The notes: generated by a model not told the origin, from the sequence alone. A DNA stretch of 28,415 bases from an uncultured Planctomycetaceae bacterium (GCA_964392255.1 CAYMQL010000002.1:1-28415), one strand, 5' to 3'. Shown: positions 8,950 through 18,101, counted from the stretch's first letter. Made by a program: numbers and translations.

Positions 8950-10021
8950 TTCAGTTTGTGTAGAGGTTCTTCTTTTTCCGTGTGGGCATGGCGACACGAT
9001 TCTGCTCAGGTTCCCAGGGAATCGTTGGGCCTTGATTGACTGTTATCTACCAGATAACGGAACACGTAAGGCTTTCTTCGACTTCGTGGAGGCGCAGGGC
9101 ATCCGGCGTCTGGAATGGATATTCCAAACGCATCCCGATCTGGATCATTTTTTCGGAATGACCGATGTCCTCGACTATTTCTCGCGTGAGGAAAGATCGC
9201 TCGGTTGTTGGTGTGACTCCGGCCTGAATGCAGCAGAAATCAGGGCGTTGATTAGGTGGGGAGGCATGAGTCAAACCGAATATGGAAAGCTCCAGAATCG
9301 GCTCGATGAATTGGACAGGGAGAACCGCATTCAATTTGTTGAACTCAACGATCGTGTAGAACCGATTTCGCCCGATGGCTTCACTGACAAGATCAACATC
9401 CAGCCAATTGGGCCAAGAGCGTGGTTGAAGCGGAGGAGTGTCCGCAAGGACATTGGTAAGTTCAGCACGAATCCGAATGCACGATTTGAAGCTAACGATA
9501 TTTCGGTAGTGCTTCTGTTGTTGATTCGACAGAATGGCAAAGACTGCAATATGCTTATCCCCGGCGATGCTGGGGCTGACGTGTTGTCCGATGCTCTTGG
9601 TGCATGGTCTGAACGGACTGGAGTCGTATCAGCTCCACATGTGTTCGATGTGATAAAGGTACCGCACCACGGCTCCAAAGCTTCGCATTCGCCTTCCCTC
9701 TGCAAATCCACGGCGAACAGTCCGTCTCGACGAATTGCAGCAATCTCGGCTGGTACAAGGAAGGCGTTGCCAGACCGTGAGGTTCTTCGGGACTATATCT
9801 CGGAGGGGTGGACTGTCGTAGCTACCACAACTCGCAAACTCGCTGATCGTGTGGATTCGCCGCTATTCCTCGCGGGCCGGCGTCAAAGCGATTCGGGGGG
9901 AGCCACGAAGCAACATCTGATCCGAATACGCTGGAGTCCAGCTAGCGGTTTGGAATATGAACCGCCGGAATCGACACTCGTCGAACTTGACCTTCCGATG
10001 TACGACACTGCAAGTACGTAG
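8888..10021 (+). CDS. ComEC/Rec2-type metallo-beta-lactamase-fold hydrolase (soluble, putative nuclease); start uncertain
   Basis: Motifs GHGDTILL, LIDC, THPDLDH, NDISVVL, PGDA, KVPHHGS and AISAG. The nearest in-frame ATG is 8888, overlapping the upstream gene. Confidence 0.88.
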   Translation: MAPANHEHHGGTSSHSRAHSDSVCVEVLLFPCGHGDTILLRFPGNRWALIDCYLPDNGTRKAFFDFVEAQGIRRLEWIFQTHPDLDHFFGMTDVLDYFSREERSLGCWCDSGLNAAEIRALIRWGGMSQTEYGKLQNRLDELDRENRIQFVELNDRVEPISPDGFTDKINIQPIGPRAWLKRRSVRKDIGKFSTNPNARFEANDISVVLLLLIRQNGKDCNMLIPGDAGADVLSDALGAWSERTGVVSAPHVFDVIKVPHHGSKASHSPSLCKSTANSPSRRIAAISAGTRKALPDREVLRDYISEGWTVVATTTRKLADRVDSPLFLAGRRQSDSGGATKQHLIRIRWSPASGLEYEPPESTLVELDLPMYDTAST

Positions 10022-10147
10022 CTGGCCTTCATTCCTGTTGCGTGTTACAATCACCCGCTGAAAGTGCGTTCTGGCGGCAGCCGGGTGACATGATTGCTGC
10101 GGAATTGTTAAGATAGGCAATTTAGACCCACGGTTTTAGAAACCGTG

Positions 10148-10192
10148 TTCCTAAACCGTAGGTCGCAGGTTCGATTCCTGCCAGGCGCGCTT
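10148..10192 (+). repeat. attR, 45-bp copy of the tRNA-Arg 3' half
   Basis: Identical to 6512-6556. The 5' half of the tRNA is absent here. Confidence 0.95.
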
Positions 10193-10241
10193 GTTTGATT
10201 CTTTGGGGCAGACTCGATACGACAACCGAACGGTTGCGTCC

Positions 10242-11561
10242 ATGTCGGTCATCAAGCAGCAAACTACGCTTCGCCGCCCTGTTTCCGCTTATGCGGAAGA
10301 ACCGGCCGTGATTCTTGTTGTCGAAGACGACGTTGCCTTGTTGAAGCTGATCGAGAAGCGGCTTGCGGCGGCGGGCCACCGCGTGGTGGGCGTTTCGGAC
10401 GGCCGTTCGGCACTGGCGTGGTTGAAGCAGGATTCGCCCAGCCTGATCGTGCTGGACTACAGTCTGCCCGACATGCGCGGCGAGCAGCTTGTCGCGGAGA
10501 TTCACGCTCACGGGCGGCGCGTGCCTTTTCTGGTGGCAACGGGTCACGGAAGCGAGAGCGTCGCGGTCGAGATGATGAAGCGCGGCGCTTCCGACTATCT
10601 GGTCAAGGGCGCGACCTTCATGCAGCTTCTGCCGGCCGTGGTCGATCAGGCGTTGCAGCGGGCGCGCCAGGCGCAGCGGCTGGCCCAGGCCGAGGAGCAA
10701 TTGCGCGAGGCCCACGAGGAGTTGGAGCAGCGCGTCGAGCAGCGGACCTGGCAATTGAACGAAGCGAATCACCGGCTGCGTGTTGAGATCGAGGAGCGGC
10801 GCCGCGCGGAAGAGCAGGTGCAGCAGCATCAGGCCGAGTTGGCGCACGTGGCCCGGCTGAGCACCGTAGGCGAGATGGTGGCGGAGCTGGCGCACGAGTT
10901 GAATCAGCCGCTCAGCGCGATTTCGAGCTATGCCCAGGCGGGGCGGCGGCTGTTGGTGTCGGATCGGCCCGGCGACGCCGAGGAATTGCTGCAATCGTTG
11001 AAGCAGGTGGGCGAGCAGGCGGATCGGGCGGCGGAGATCATCCGCCGGCTGCGCCGTTTCGTCGCGAAGGCCAAGCCGACGCAGGTGGTAGTGGACATTA
11101 ACGCGCTAATCCGCGATATTGCTAAGCTGACCGACATCGACGCGCGCATGGTTCAGGCGAAGGTGTGTTTCGACCTGACCGAGCCGCTTCCGCCGGTCGT
11201 CGGCGACCGGATTCAACTGGAGCAAGTGATGGTCAATTTGATGCGCAACGCTTTCGAGGCGATGCGTGACGGCCGGGCGGAGTCGCGGCGGCTGCTGGTG
11301 CGCACGGCCGTCGACGGATCGCAGTGCGTTGCGGTTGAAGTGTGCGACAACGGCGACGGCATTCCGGCCGGCGCGTTGCCTTATATTTTCGATCGTTTTT
11401 TCACGACCAAGCCCGATGGAATGGGCATGGGCTTGTCAATCAGCCAATCGATCATCAAGCGGCACGGAGGAACGCTCTGGGTCACGCCCAACGCCGACCG
11501 TGGGGCGACCTTCCACTTCACCTTGCCCATCGACCAGGGAGAGCACAACCGTGGAAACTGA
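10242..11561 (+). CDS. Hybrid histidine kinase (REC, coiled coil, HisKA, HATPase), FixL/TtrS-like H box
   Basis: ILVVEDD...LDYSLPD receiver; ELAHELNQPL H box; NLMRNA, DNGDGI, FFTTKPDGMGMGL boxes. Start placed at ATG 10242. Confidence 0.9.
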   Translation: MSVIKQQTTLRRPVSAYAEEPAVILVVEDDVALLKLIEKRLAAAGHRVVGVSDGRSALAWLKQDSPSLIVLDYSLPDMRGEQLVAEIHAHGRRVPFLVATGHGSESVAVEMMKRGASDYLVKGATFMQLLPAVVDQALQRARQAQRLAQAEEQLREAHEELEQRVEQRTWQLNEANHRLRVEIEERRRAEEQVQQHQAELAHVARLSTVGEMVAELAHELNQPLSAISSYAQAGRRLLVSDRPGDAEELLQSLKQVGEQADRAAEIIRRLRRFVAKAKPTQVVVDINALIRDIAKLTDIDARMVQAKVCFDLTEPLPPVVGDRIQLEQVMVNLMRNAFEAMRDGRAESRRLLVRTAVDGSQCVAVEVCDNGDGIPAGALPYIFDRFFTTKPDGMGMGLSISQSIIKRHGGTLWVTPNADRGATFHFTLPIDQGEHNRGN

Positions 11562-12198
11562 ACCGACCATTTTTGTCATTGACGACGATCCCGCCGTGCG
11601 CCAGGCGCTTGCGGTGCTGATTCGCTCGATGCGGCTGCGGGCCGAGGCCTATGAATCGGCGCAGCAGTTTCTCGGCACATTCGACGCCAACCGTTCGGGA
11701 TGCCTGCTGCTCGACGTGCGGATGCCGGGCATCAGCGGCTTGGAACTGCTCGAACAGCTCAGCCGCAACGACGTGCATCTGCCGGCCATCGTGATGTCGG
11801 CCTATGGCGACGTGCCGATGGTGGTTCGCGCGATGAAGGCCGGGGCTTTGAATTTTCTGGAGAAACCGTGTCGCGATCAAGAGCTTTGGGAGGCGATTCA
11901 AGAGGGTTTGCGGTGGGACGCGGCCCATCGCCAGCAGATGGTCGCCCGCACCAAGGCGTACCAGCGGCTCCAGCGTCTGACGCCCGGCGAACACCTGGTG
12001 CTGCGGCTTCTGGTCGATGGGAAATCGAACAAGGCCATCGCCTCGGAACTGGGGCTGAGCGTGCGAACCATCGAGGTTCGCCGGGCCAAACTGATGAAAA
12101 AAATGCGTGCTGAATCGTTGGCAGAATTGATACGACTTACGCTTGCGGCTGATCCCCACTACGGGAAACCACAAGTCGGCACCGCAGTTTCCCCATAA
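11551..12198 (+). CDS. FixJ/NarL-family response regulator (REC plus LuxR HTH)
   Basis: GTG start at 11551 overlapping the kinase end; FVIDDD, LDVRMPG, FLEKP; LTPGEHLVLRLLVDGKSNKAIASELGLSVRTIEVRR. Confidence 0.9.
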   Translation: METEPTIFVIDDDPAVRQALAVLIRSMRLRAEAYESAQQFLGTFDANRSGCLLLDVRMPGISGLELLEQLSRNDVHLPAIVMSAYGDVPMVVRAMKAGALNFLEKPCRDQELWEAIQEGLRWDAAHRQQMVARTKAYQRLQRLTPGEHLVLRLLVDGKSNKAIASELGLSVRTIEVRRAKLMKKMRAESLAELIRLTLAADPHYGKPQVGTAVSP

Positions 12199-12306
12199 TT
12201 GCCATAATTCTCAGGCACAATACAGCTATCGTATGATATAGTCATTGGTAGTAGTTGGCCTGGGGGCAGCCATCAGTTATCTCAACAGCATACCCCGCTG
12301 GACGTT

Positions 12307-12753
12307 ATGGAAATGGAACCCTCCGGTCGGCTTGCCCCCGCCGACCGACTCAACGGCCGTATTCTTGTGGTCGAAGACGATTGCGACCACCAGCCGCTGC
12401 TTATGCGGATGCTGCAAAGGGCCGGCGCCGAGGTCGCTTTGGCCGAGAACGGCCGTTCGGCCGTCGATATGGCTTGTGCCGCCCGCGACGCCGGCGTTCC
12501 GTTCGATCTGATCGTGATGGATCTGCAAATGCCGGTTCTCGACGGTCTGGCCGCTACCGAAGAACTCCGCTCGCTGGGATTCCGCAATCCCATCGTTGCC
12601 GTGACGGCGCGGGCGTTTGCGACCGACCGCGAGCGCTCTTTTGCCGTCGGCTGCGATGCTTTTGTCGCCAAACCCGTGGTTCGCAACGATTTTCTGCATC
12701 TGATCGCCAAATTTCTACAGGGCGATCCGGCCGTCGCATCCGCCCTGGCGTAG
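12307..12753 (+). CDS. Single-domain response regulator (CheY-like)
   Basis: ILVVEDD, MDLQMP, AVTA and FVAKP motifs. Confidence 0.88.
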   Translation: MEMEPSGRLAPADRLNGRILVVEDDCDHQPLLMRMLQRAGAEVALAENGRSAVDMACAARDAGVPFDLIVMDLQMPVLDGLAATEELRSLGFRNPIVAVTARAFATDRERSFAVGCDAFVAKPVVRNDFLHLIAKFLQGDPAVASALA

Positions 12754-12769
12754 TCGAAGGGGTTTCCGC

Positions 12770-13078
12770 ATGGTCTTGCTCGATTTCAGCATGTATCCCC
12801 TTGGCGAGGGGGAAAGCGTCAGTTCCTATGTCGCGCGGGTTGTGGATATCGTCGACCGCAGCGGATTGACCTACCGCTGCCACGCGATGGGAACCACCCT
12901 GGAGGGTGATATCGGTCCGCTACTGGCCGTCGTCCAGCGCTGTTTCGAGGCCTTGGCTGCCGATTGCAACCGCGTCGAGTGCTCGATCAAGCTCGACTAT
13001 CGCAAGGGGCGCAAGGGCGGACTCGACGACAAAGTAGCCGGCATTGAACGGAAGCTCGGCCGCCCGGTCAAGAAATGA
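12770..13078 (+). CDS. MTH1187/YkoF family thiamine-binding protein (DUF77)
   Basis: FSMYPLGEGESVSSYVARVVDIVDRSGLTYRCHAMGTTLEG pattern. Confidence 0.85.
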   Translation: MVLLDFSMYPLGEGESVSSYVARVVDIVDRSGLTYRCHAMGTTLEGDIGPLLAVVQRCFEALAADCNRVECSIKLDYRKGRKGGLDDKVAGIERKLGRPVKK

Positions 13079-13198
13079 CCGGTGGTCCGGGGCAAAAAGG
13101 CTATAATTGCCGGAAGTCGTCGGCAGTCGGTCGCATGTCCGCTTCCGTCGGCGCGGTCGGCTTGTCTGGCCGGCCGCTAACCGCTAACGCTCCGAGCA

Positions 13199-14593
13199 AT
13201 GTCCGCCTTGCTTTCCGAACTCCGCACAGCGCTCGGTCGTGAGAACGTTCTCTCGGCCCCGTCGGAGTTGGCGGTCTACGACGGCGACGCCTATGCACTG
13301 GAACGTTGCCGACCGGAAATCGCGGTGCTGCCTTGCACGACGCAGCAAGCGGCCGAAGCGCTGGCAATATGCCGGTGTTACGGAGCGCCGGTGGTTGCCC
13401 GCGGGGCGGGGACCGGACTGGCCGGCGGATGTTTGCCGCAAAGCGGCGGCGTGTTGCTGTTGCTCTCGCGTATGAATCGCGTCCTGGCCGTCGATCGGCG
13501 CAATCGAATGGCCGAGGTCGAGGCGGGCGCCACCGGCCGGCAGCTTGCCGACGCGCTGGCCGGCACGGGATTTTATTTCGCCCCCGATCCCGCAAGCGGA
13601 TGCGCCGGCACGATCGGCGGCAATTTCGCCGCCAATGCCGCCGGTCCGCACTGTGCGGCATGCGGCGCGACGGTCGATCATGTTCTCGGCGTCGAGGCGG
13701 TGCTGGTCGATGGTTCGATCCTTCAACTCGGGCCGGTCGACGACCCCGCCGGGCTCGATCTGATCGGGGCGCTTGCCGGCAGCGAAGGCACGCTGGCCGT
13801 CGTCACAAAAGTTTGGGTGCGTCTGACGCCCGAACCGCAAAGTCGCCAGACAATTCTTGCCATATTCAACACGGCCGACGACGCTTGCAGAGCCATCGAT
13901 CGAATGCTTGCGGCCGGCATTGCGCCCGCTGCCGCGCAGTTGCTCAATCAGGCGGCGATTGCGGCCGTCGAAGGAGTATTCCACGCGGGTCTTTTACCCG
14001 ATGCGGGCGCGGTGCTGCTTGTCGAACTCGAAGGCGGCGGCGACGACGATTTAGATCGACGCCGCGAGCAGGTTTTCGCGGCGTGTCGGCAATTCGGCGA
14101 TCGGGCGGTGTTGCCCGTTTCGGCCGGCGAAGCGCAACGCATCCAAAAACGGTGTCGTGAATTGATCGCCGCGGCCGGTCAATTCGGACCGAACTTTTTG
14201 GTTTTTAGCGCCGCTGTGCCGCGCAGCCGTGTGGCCGAGATGATGGTTCAAACCAACGAAATCGGGCGGAAGCACTCCCTGCGCATCGTCGGCGTCGCGC
14301 AGGCCGTCGAAGGCGCAATCGACGCGATTCTGCCGTTCGACGGCCGGGTTTCCGCACAACGCGAGCAGGTTTTGGCGGCCGGGCGCGAAATCTATGAGGC
14401 GTGCCTTGCGGCCGGCGGCGCGATTGCGGCCCGCCACGGCGTCGGCGTCGCGCGGGTCGATTGGATGGAGCGATTTTCGACGCCGGCCGACTTGGAGGCG
14501 ATGCGCCGCGTTCGCCATGCGTTTGATCCAAACGATCGGCTCAATCCCGGCAAGCTGGTTCCAAGCCGGAAAACGCCCGAATTGAATTCGTGA
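13199..14593 (+). CDS. glcD: FAD-linked oxidase, GlcD-like (divergent active site)
   Basis: ARGAGTGLAGG, PDPAS...TIGGN, GSEGTLAVVT and C-terminal LNPGK; first gene of a glcDEF-like order. Confidence 0.75.
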   Translation: MSALLSELRTALGRENVLSAPSELAVYDGDAYALERCRPEIAVLPCTTQQAAEALAICRCYGAPVVARGAGTGLAGGCLPQSGGVLLLLSRMNRVLAVDRRNRMAEVEAGATGRQLADALAGTGFYFAPDPASGCAGTIGGNFAANAAGPHCAACGATVDHVLGVEAVLVDGSILQLGPVDDPAGLDLIGALAGSEGTLAVVTKVWVRLTPEPQSRQTILAIFNTADDACRAIDRMLAAGIAPAAAQLLNQAAIAAVEGVFHAGLLPDAGAVLLVELEGGGDDDLDRRREQVFAACRQFGDRAVLPVSAGEAQRIQKRCRELIAAAGQFGPNFLVFSAAVPRSRVAEMMVQTNEIGRKHSLRIVGVAQAVEGAIDAILPFDGRVSAQREQVLAAGREIYEACLAAGGAIAARHGVGVARVDWMERFSTPADLEAMRRVRHAFDPNDRLNPGKLVPSRKTPELNS

Positions 14594-14606
14594 GAATCGG
14601 AATTTG

Positions 14607-15827
14607 ATGAGCGACCGCCTTCCCATCGCCGAAACGTTTGCACCGGCCGATCCGGCCGCCGCGGCCGACGCGGTGCGCGACGCGGCCGGCAGGGGGCTGG
14701 CTGTGTATCCGATCGGCGGCGGAACCCTGTCGGACTGCGGCCCCGCTGGGGTTCGGCCGGGCGTTGCCCTTTCTTTGTCCCAGCTCAACCGCATCGTCGA
14801 ATATCCCGCCGACGAAATGACTATTACCGTCGAGGCCGGCACGACGATCGCCTCGCTTCAAAATGTTCTCGCCGAGCGGCGCCGGCGGTTTCCGGTCGAC
14901 GTGCCGCATTCCGATCGCGCGACGATCGGCGGCGCGGCGGCCGTCAACGCCGGCGGTCCGCGCCAATGCGCCTACGGGACGATTCGCGACCATGTATTGG
15001 GGCTGACGGCCGTCGACGGCGCCGGCTCGACGTTTTCGTGCGGCGGCCGGTCGTTTCACACCGCGGGCTACAATCTTTGCCGCATGATGGCGGGTTCGTT
15101 TGGCACGCTCGGCGTCGTAACGCAACTCACGCTTCGGGTTCAACCGCAGCCCGAAACCTCGGCGCTGCTGGTCTGCGACGCGGCCAATTTTGAGATCGTC
15201 GAGCGGTTGCTGTCCGAGTTGGCCGGCCCGACGGTGCGGCCGGCGGCCATCGCGTTGACGGCCGGTCGGCAAACGGAGCAAGACGCAACGCTCGGTCCGG
15301 TGTTGCCCGACCACGTCGGACGGCTGTACGTCGGCTTCGAGGGCGGCGAGTCGGAGGTCGACGCGACGGTCGAACGGCTTCGCAACTGCTGGACGGCCGC
15401 GGGGGCCACCGCGCCGATGTCCGTGCCTGCCGCTCGGGCCGAACGCATCTGGCGATTGCTGGTCGATTTTACGCCCGACGCGGCCATTTATGTCCTGCCG
15501 GGAGCGGCGGTGAAGACGGTTGAAGCCGTTTTGACCCTGCTGCCGCGGGCAGCCGTTCAAGCCCACCCGGGCCGCGGCGCGATTGGCGTTCGATGGCCCG
15601 GCGCATCGGGCGAGAATCGCAATGCTTTAGAGGATATCGCTGCGTTGCGCAGCATTGCGGCAGGATCGGGCGGCAAGCTGATCGTGCGCCAAAGTCCGGA
15701 CGGCGCCCCCCTGACCTGCGCCGACGCCTGGGGGCCGCCAAGTCCGGCGTTGCGCGTCATGCGGGCCGTCAAAGAGCGTTTCGACCCGCAAAATGTTTTG
15801 AACCCTGGAAGATTCGTTTTCGATTAA
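14607..15827 (+). CDS. glcE: FAD-binding subunit, GlcE-like
   Basis: EYPADEMTITVEAG, ATIGG, AGYNLCRMMAGSFGTLGV and RFDPQNVLNPGRF. Confidence 0.75.
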   Translation: MSDRLPIAETFAPADPAAAADAVRDAAGRGLAVYPIGGGTLSDCGPAGVRPGVALSLSQLNRIVEYPADEMTITVEAGTTIASLQNVLAERRRRFPVDVPHSDRATIGGAAAVNAGGPRQCAYGTIRDHVLGLTAVDGAGSTFSCGGRSFHTAGYNLCRMMAGSFGTLGVVTQLTLRVQPQPETSALLVCDAANFEIVERLLSELAGPTVRPAAIALTAGRQTEQDATLGPVLPDHVGRLYVGFEGGESEVDATVERLRNCWTAAGATAPMSVPAARAERIWRLLVDFTPDAAIYVLPGAAVKTVEAVLTLLPRAAVQAHPGRGAIGVRWPGASGENRNALEDIAALRSIAAGSGGKLIVRQSPDGAPLTCADAWGPPSPALRVMRAVKERFDPQNVLNPGRFVFD

Positions 15828-15855
15828 CGGCAAAACGTTTGACCCGGCCACGCGC

Positions 15856-17178
15856 ATGAACGACGAAGCTCTCAACAACGCGATCGACGGCGGCAATTTC
15901 GCCGCGGGAATCCGTCCGGAGTTGTTCCTGCGCTGCATTCGCTGCGGTCTGTGTCTGTCGCAGTGTCCGACCTACGCTGAGACGTGCGACGAAAACGACG
16001 GCCCGCGCGGCCGCATCCAAATTATGCGATGGGCGTCCGAGGGCCGCGGCGCGCTAAGCGACCGCATGCGCCGGCATCTCGACCTGTGCCTCGATTGCAG
16101 GGCTTGCGAAACGGCATGTCCGTCGGGCGTGCGCTATGGGCAGATGATCGTGCCGTTCCGCACGGCGCTTGCACAGTCGGAGACGCGGCCCGAGCAAAAA
16201 TACGATTGGTTTCACCGGTTAATTCTGCCGGGATTGCTGCCGCATCCTCAACGGATGCACCGTTTGCTTGCGGCGGCGCGTTTGGTGCAGCAAACAGGCG
16301 CGTTCGATGCGGCGGAACGGTTGGGGCTGCTCGATCGGATTCCCGGCCGGCTGGGCCGGTTGATTTCGATGCTGCCGCCCTGGAGCCGGCCGGGGCCGAA
16401 GCTGCCGCGATTTCTGCCGGCGGTCGGCCGGAAGCGCGCGCGGGTGGCTTTGTTCACCGGCTGCATCGCCGATGCGCTGTTCCGGCCGACGCTATGGGCC
16501 ACGGCCCGCGTGCTGCAACAAAACGGCTGCGACGTGTTCGTTCCGCCCGAGCAAGGCTGTTGCGGGTGGCTGCATCTTCAGGCCGGCGACAGCCGCGGGG
16601 CGCGCAGCATGGCTGACGCCAATCTCGTGGCCTTCGAGTTGGATCGTTACGACGCGATTGTAGTCCCTTACGCAAGCTGCGGCGCGATGCTGAAGGAATA
16701 CGGCTTGCATTGGCGCGACGGATTGCAGCCGCATCGCGAGAAATTCGCCGCGAAAGTCAAAGACGTTCACGAGTTTCTCGACGGGCTGGGACTAATCGCG
16801 CCGCAAGGCCGGATTGAAGCGACGGCCACATATCACGACGCCTGCCGGCTGGCCCACGCCCAGGGTATCACGTCGGCACCGCGGCGGCTGCTGGAAACGA
16901 TACCGGGCATCGAGCTGCGCGCGTTGCCGGAGTCGGATTTTTGCTGCGGCTCGCCCGGCGCGTTCGGGCTGGCCATGGCCGAGATGTCCGACCGGCTTGC
17001 CGATCGGAAGATCAAAAACATTCTCCGCACCGGGGCGCAGATTGTTTTGGCGGCCGACGCCGGATGCCTGCTGCAAATTCAGCGAGAGGTGCGCCGCCGG
17101 AAGCTGCCGTTGCGGGCGATGCACCCGATGGACCTGTTGGACCAAAGCTACGGCGCCGGGCAAGGCAATCCGCCGTAA
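15856..17178 (+). CDS. glcF: Fe-S subunit, GlcF-like (two [4Fe-4S] motifs and two CCG domains)
   Basis: CIRCGLCLSQCP, CLDCRACETACP, GCCG, YHDAC and CCGS motifs. Confidence 0.82.
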   Translation: MNDEALNNAIDGGNFAAGIRPELFLRCIRCGLCLSQCPTYAETCDENDGPRGRIQIMRWASEGRGALSDRMRRHLDLCLDCRACETACPSGVRYGQMIVPFRTALAQSETRPEQKYDWFHRLILPGLLPHPQRMHRLLAAARLVQQTGAFDAAERLGLLDRIPGRLGRLISMLPPWSRPGPKLPRFLPAVGRKRARVALFTGCIADALFRPTLWATARVLQQNGCDVFVPPEQGCCGWLHLQAGDSRGARSMADANLVAFELDRYDAIVVPYASCGAMLKEYGLHWRDGLQPHREKFAAKVKDVHEFLDGLGLIAPQGRIEATATYHDACRLAHAQGITSAPRRLLETIPGIELRALPESDFCCGSPGAFGLAMAEMSDRLADRKIKNILRTGAQIVLAADAGCLLQIQREVRRRKLPLRAMHPMDLLDQSYGAGQGNPP

Positions 17179-17186
17179 AAAACCGG

Positions 17187-18101
17187 CTAACCGGCCCGCT
17201 GCGAGAAGGCGCCGATCTCCAACGCGATGAGCTGATCGCGCAATTCGCGCGGCGTCTGCGGGCGGCGCAGCGGCTCGTTGGCCATCATTCGCCGCACCAG
17301 TTGAACGACGTCGCCGGGCACGTGCGGCGCCAGTCGCGACAACTCCGCCGGCGAGGTCTGCCGCTGCTCGTTGACCAATTCGATCAACGTTTCGCTGCAA
17401 TAGGGCCTCCGCCCGGTGAATATCTCGTAGAGCACCACGCCCAGGCTGTAGATGTCGCTGCGGATGTCGGGCCGCAACGCCGAAACCAGATGCTCCGGCG
17501 CCAGGTAGCTGCACGTGCCCATAATCGGACGATCGACGACCGCTGTGATTTCATCGGCGCGTTGGGCGAAGCTCAAATCCAGAAGGGTAACGTGTCCGCT
17601 GGAAGCAATGTGGAGATTGCCGGGCGTTACGTCGCCGTGCGTCCAACCGGCTTCGTGCAGCGCGTCGAGGGCCTCGGCTGTTTGTCTTGCGATCCAAAGG
17701 GCCTCGGGCACGCCGAATTGCTGCCCGTCGGCAAGCCGCGCCCCGAGCGACGCGCCCTCGAGCCAGGGCATCACCAGCAACCGCGGCGGATCGACCACGT
17801 GGGCGGCCAGAATTGGCACCAGATGGGCGTGCGAAACGGTTCGGCCCACCAAGGCCTCGCGTTGCAAAAGCCGAATCGCCCCGTCGTCGTCCTGCCAACA
17901 GGGCCGCAGCATCTTGACCGCATACGTTGCAGGGCGGTCGTCCGGCGCGCCTGCGGGCCTCGCCCGATACACATGGGCAAGGCTTCCCAAACCGGCAAAC
18001 TCAACCAACTCCCACTGTCTTGCCCGAGCGGCAGGCTTTGACGCGCGGCCGAAAATGGCGTCTGCGGCATTGCCGACCGGCGGTAGCGAAGTCTCGATCA
18101 T
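17187..18101 (-). CDS. Hanks-type Ser/Thr protein kinase with atypical motifs
   Basis: YAVK, HGDVTPGN, DLSF, GTCSYLAPE and DIYSLG motifs. Confidence 0.85.
   Translation of the reverse strand: MIETSLPPVGNAADAIFGRASKPAARARQWELVEFAGLGSLAHVYRARPAGAPDDRPATYAVKMLRPCWQDDDGAIRLLQREALVGRTVSHAHLVPILAAHVVDPPRLLVMPWLEGASLGARLADGQQFGVPEALWIARQTAEALDALHEAGWTHGDVTPGNLHIASSGHVTLLDLSFAQRADEITAVVDRPIMGTCSYLAPEHLVSALRPDIRSDIYSLGVVLYEIFTGRRPYCSETLIELVNEQRQTSPAELSRLAPHVPGDVVQLVRRMMANEPLRRPQTPRELRDQLIALEIGAFSQRAG

Noticed and set aside
10129-10190. Possible second functional tRNA at attR
   Set aside because: There is no 5' acceptor strand or D arm. Only the 3' half is duplicated.
13174-13188. CCGCTAA tandem heptamer before glcD
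   Set aside because: Only two copies, too short to call.
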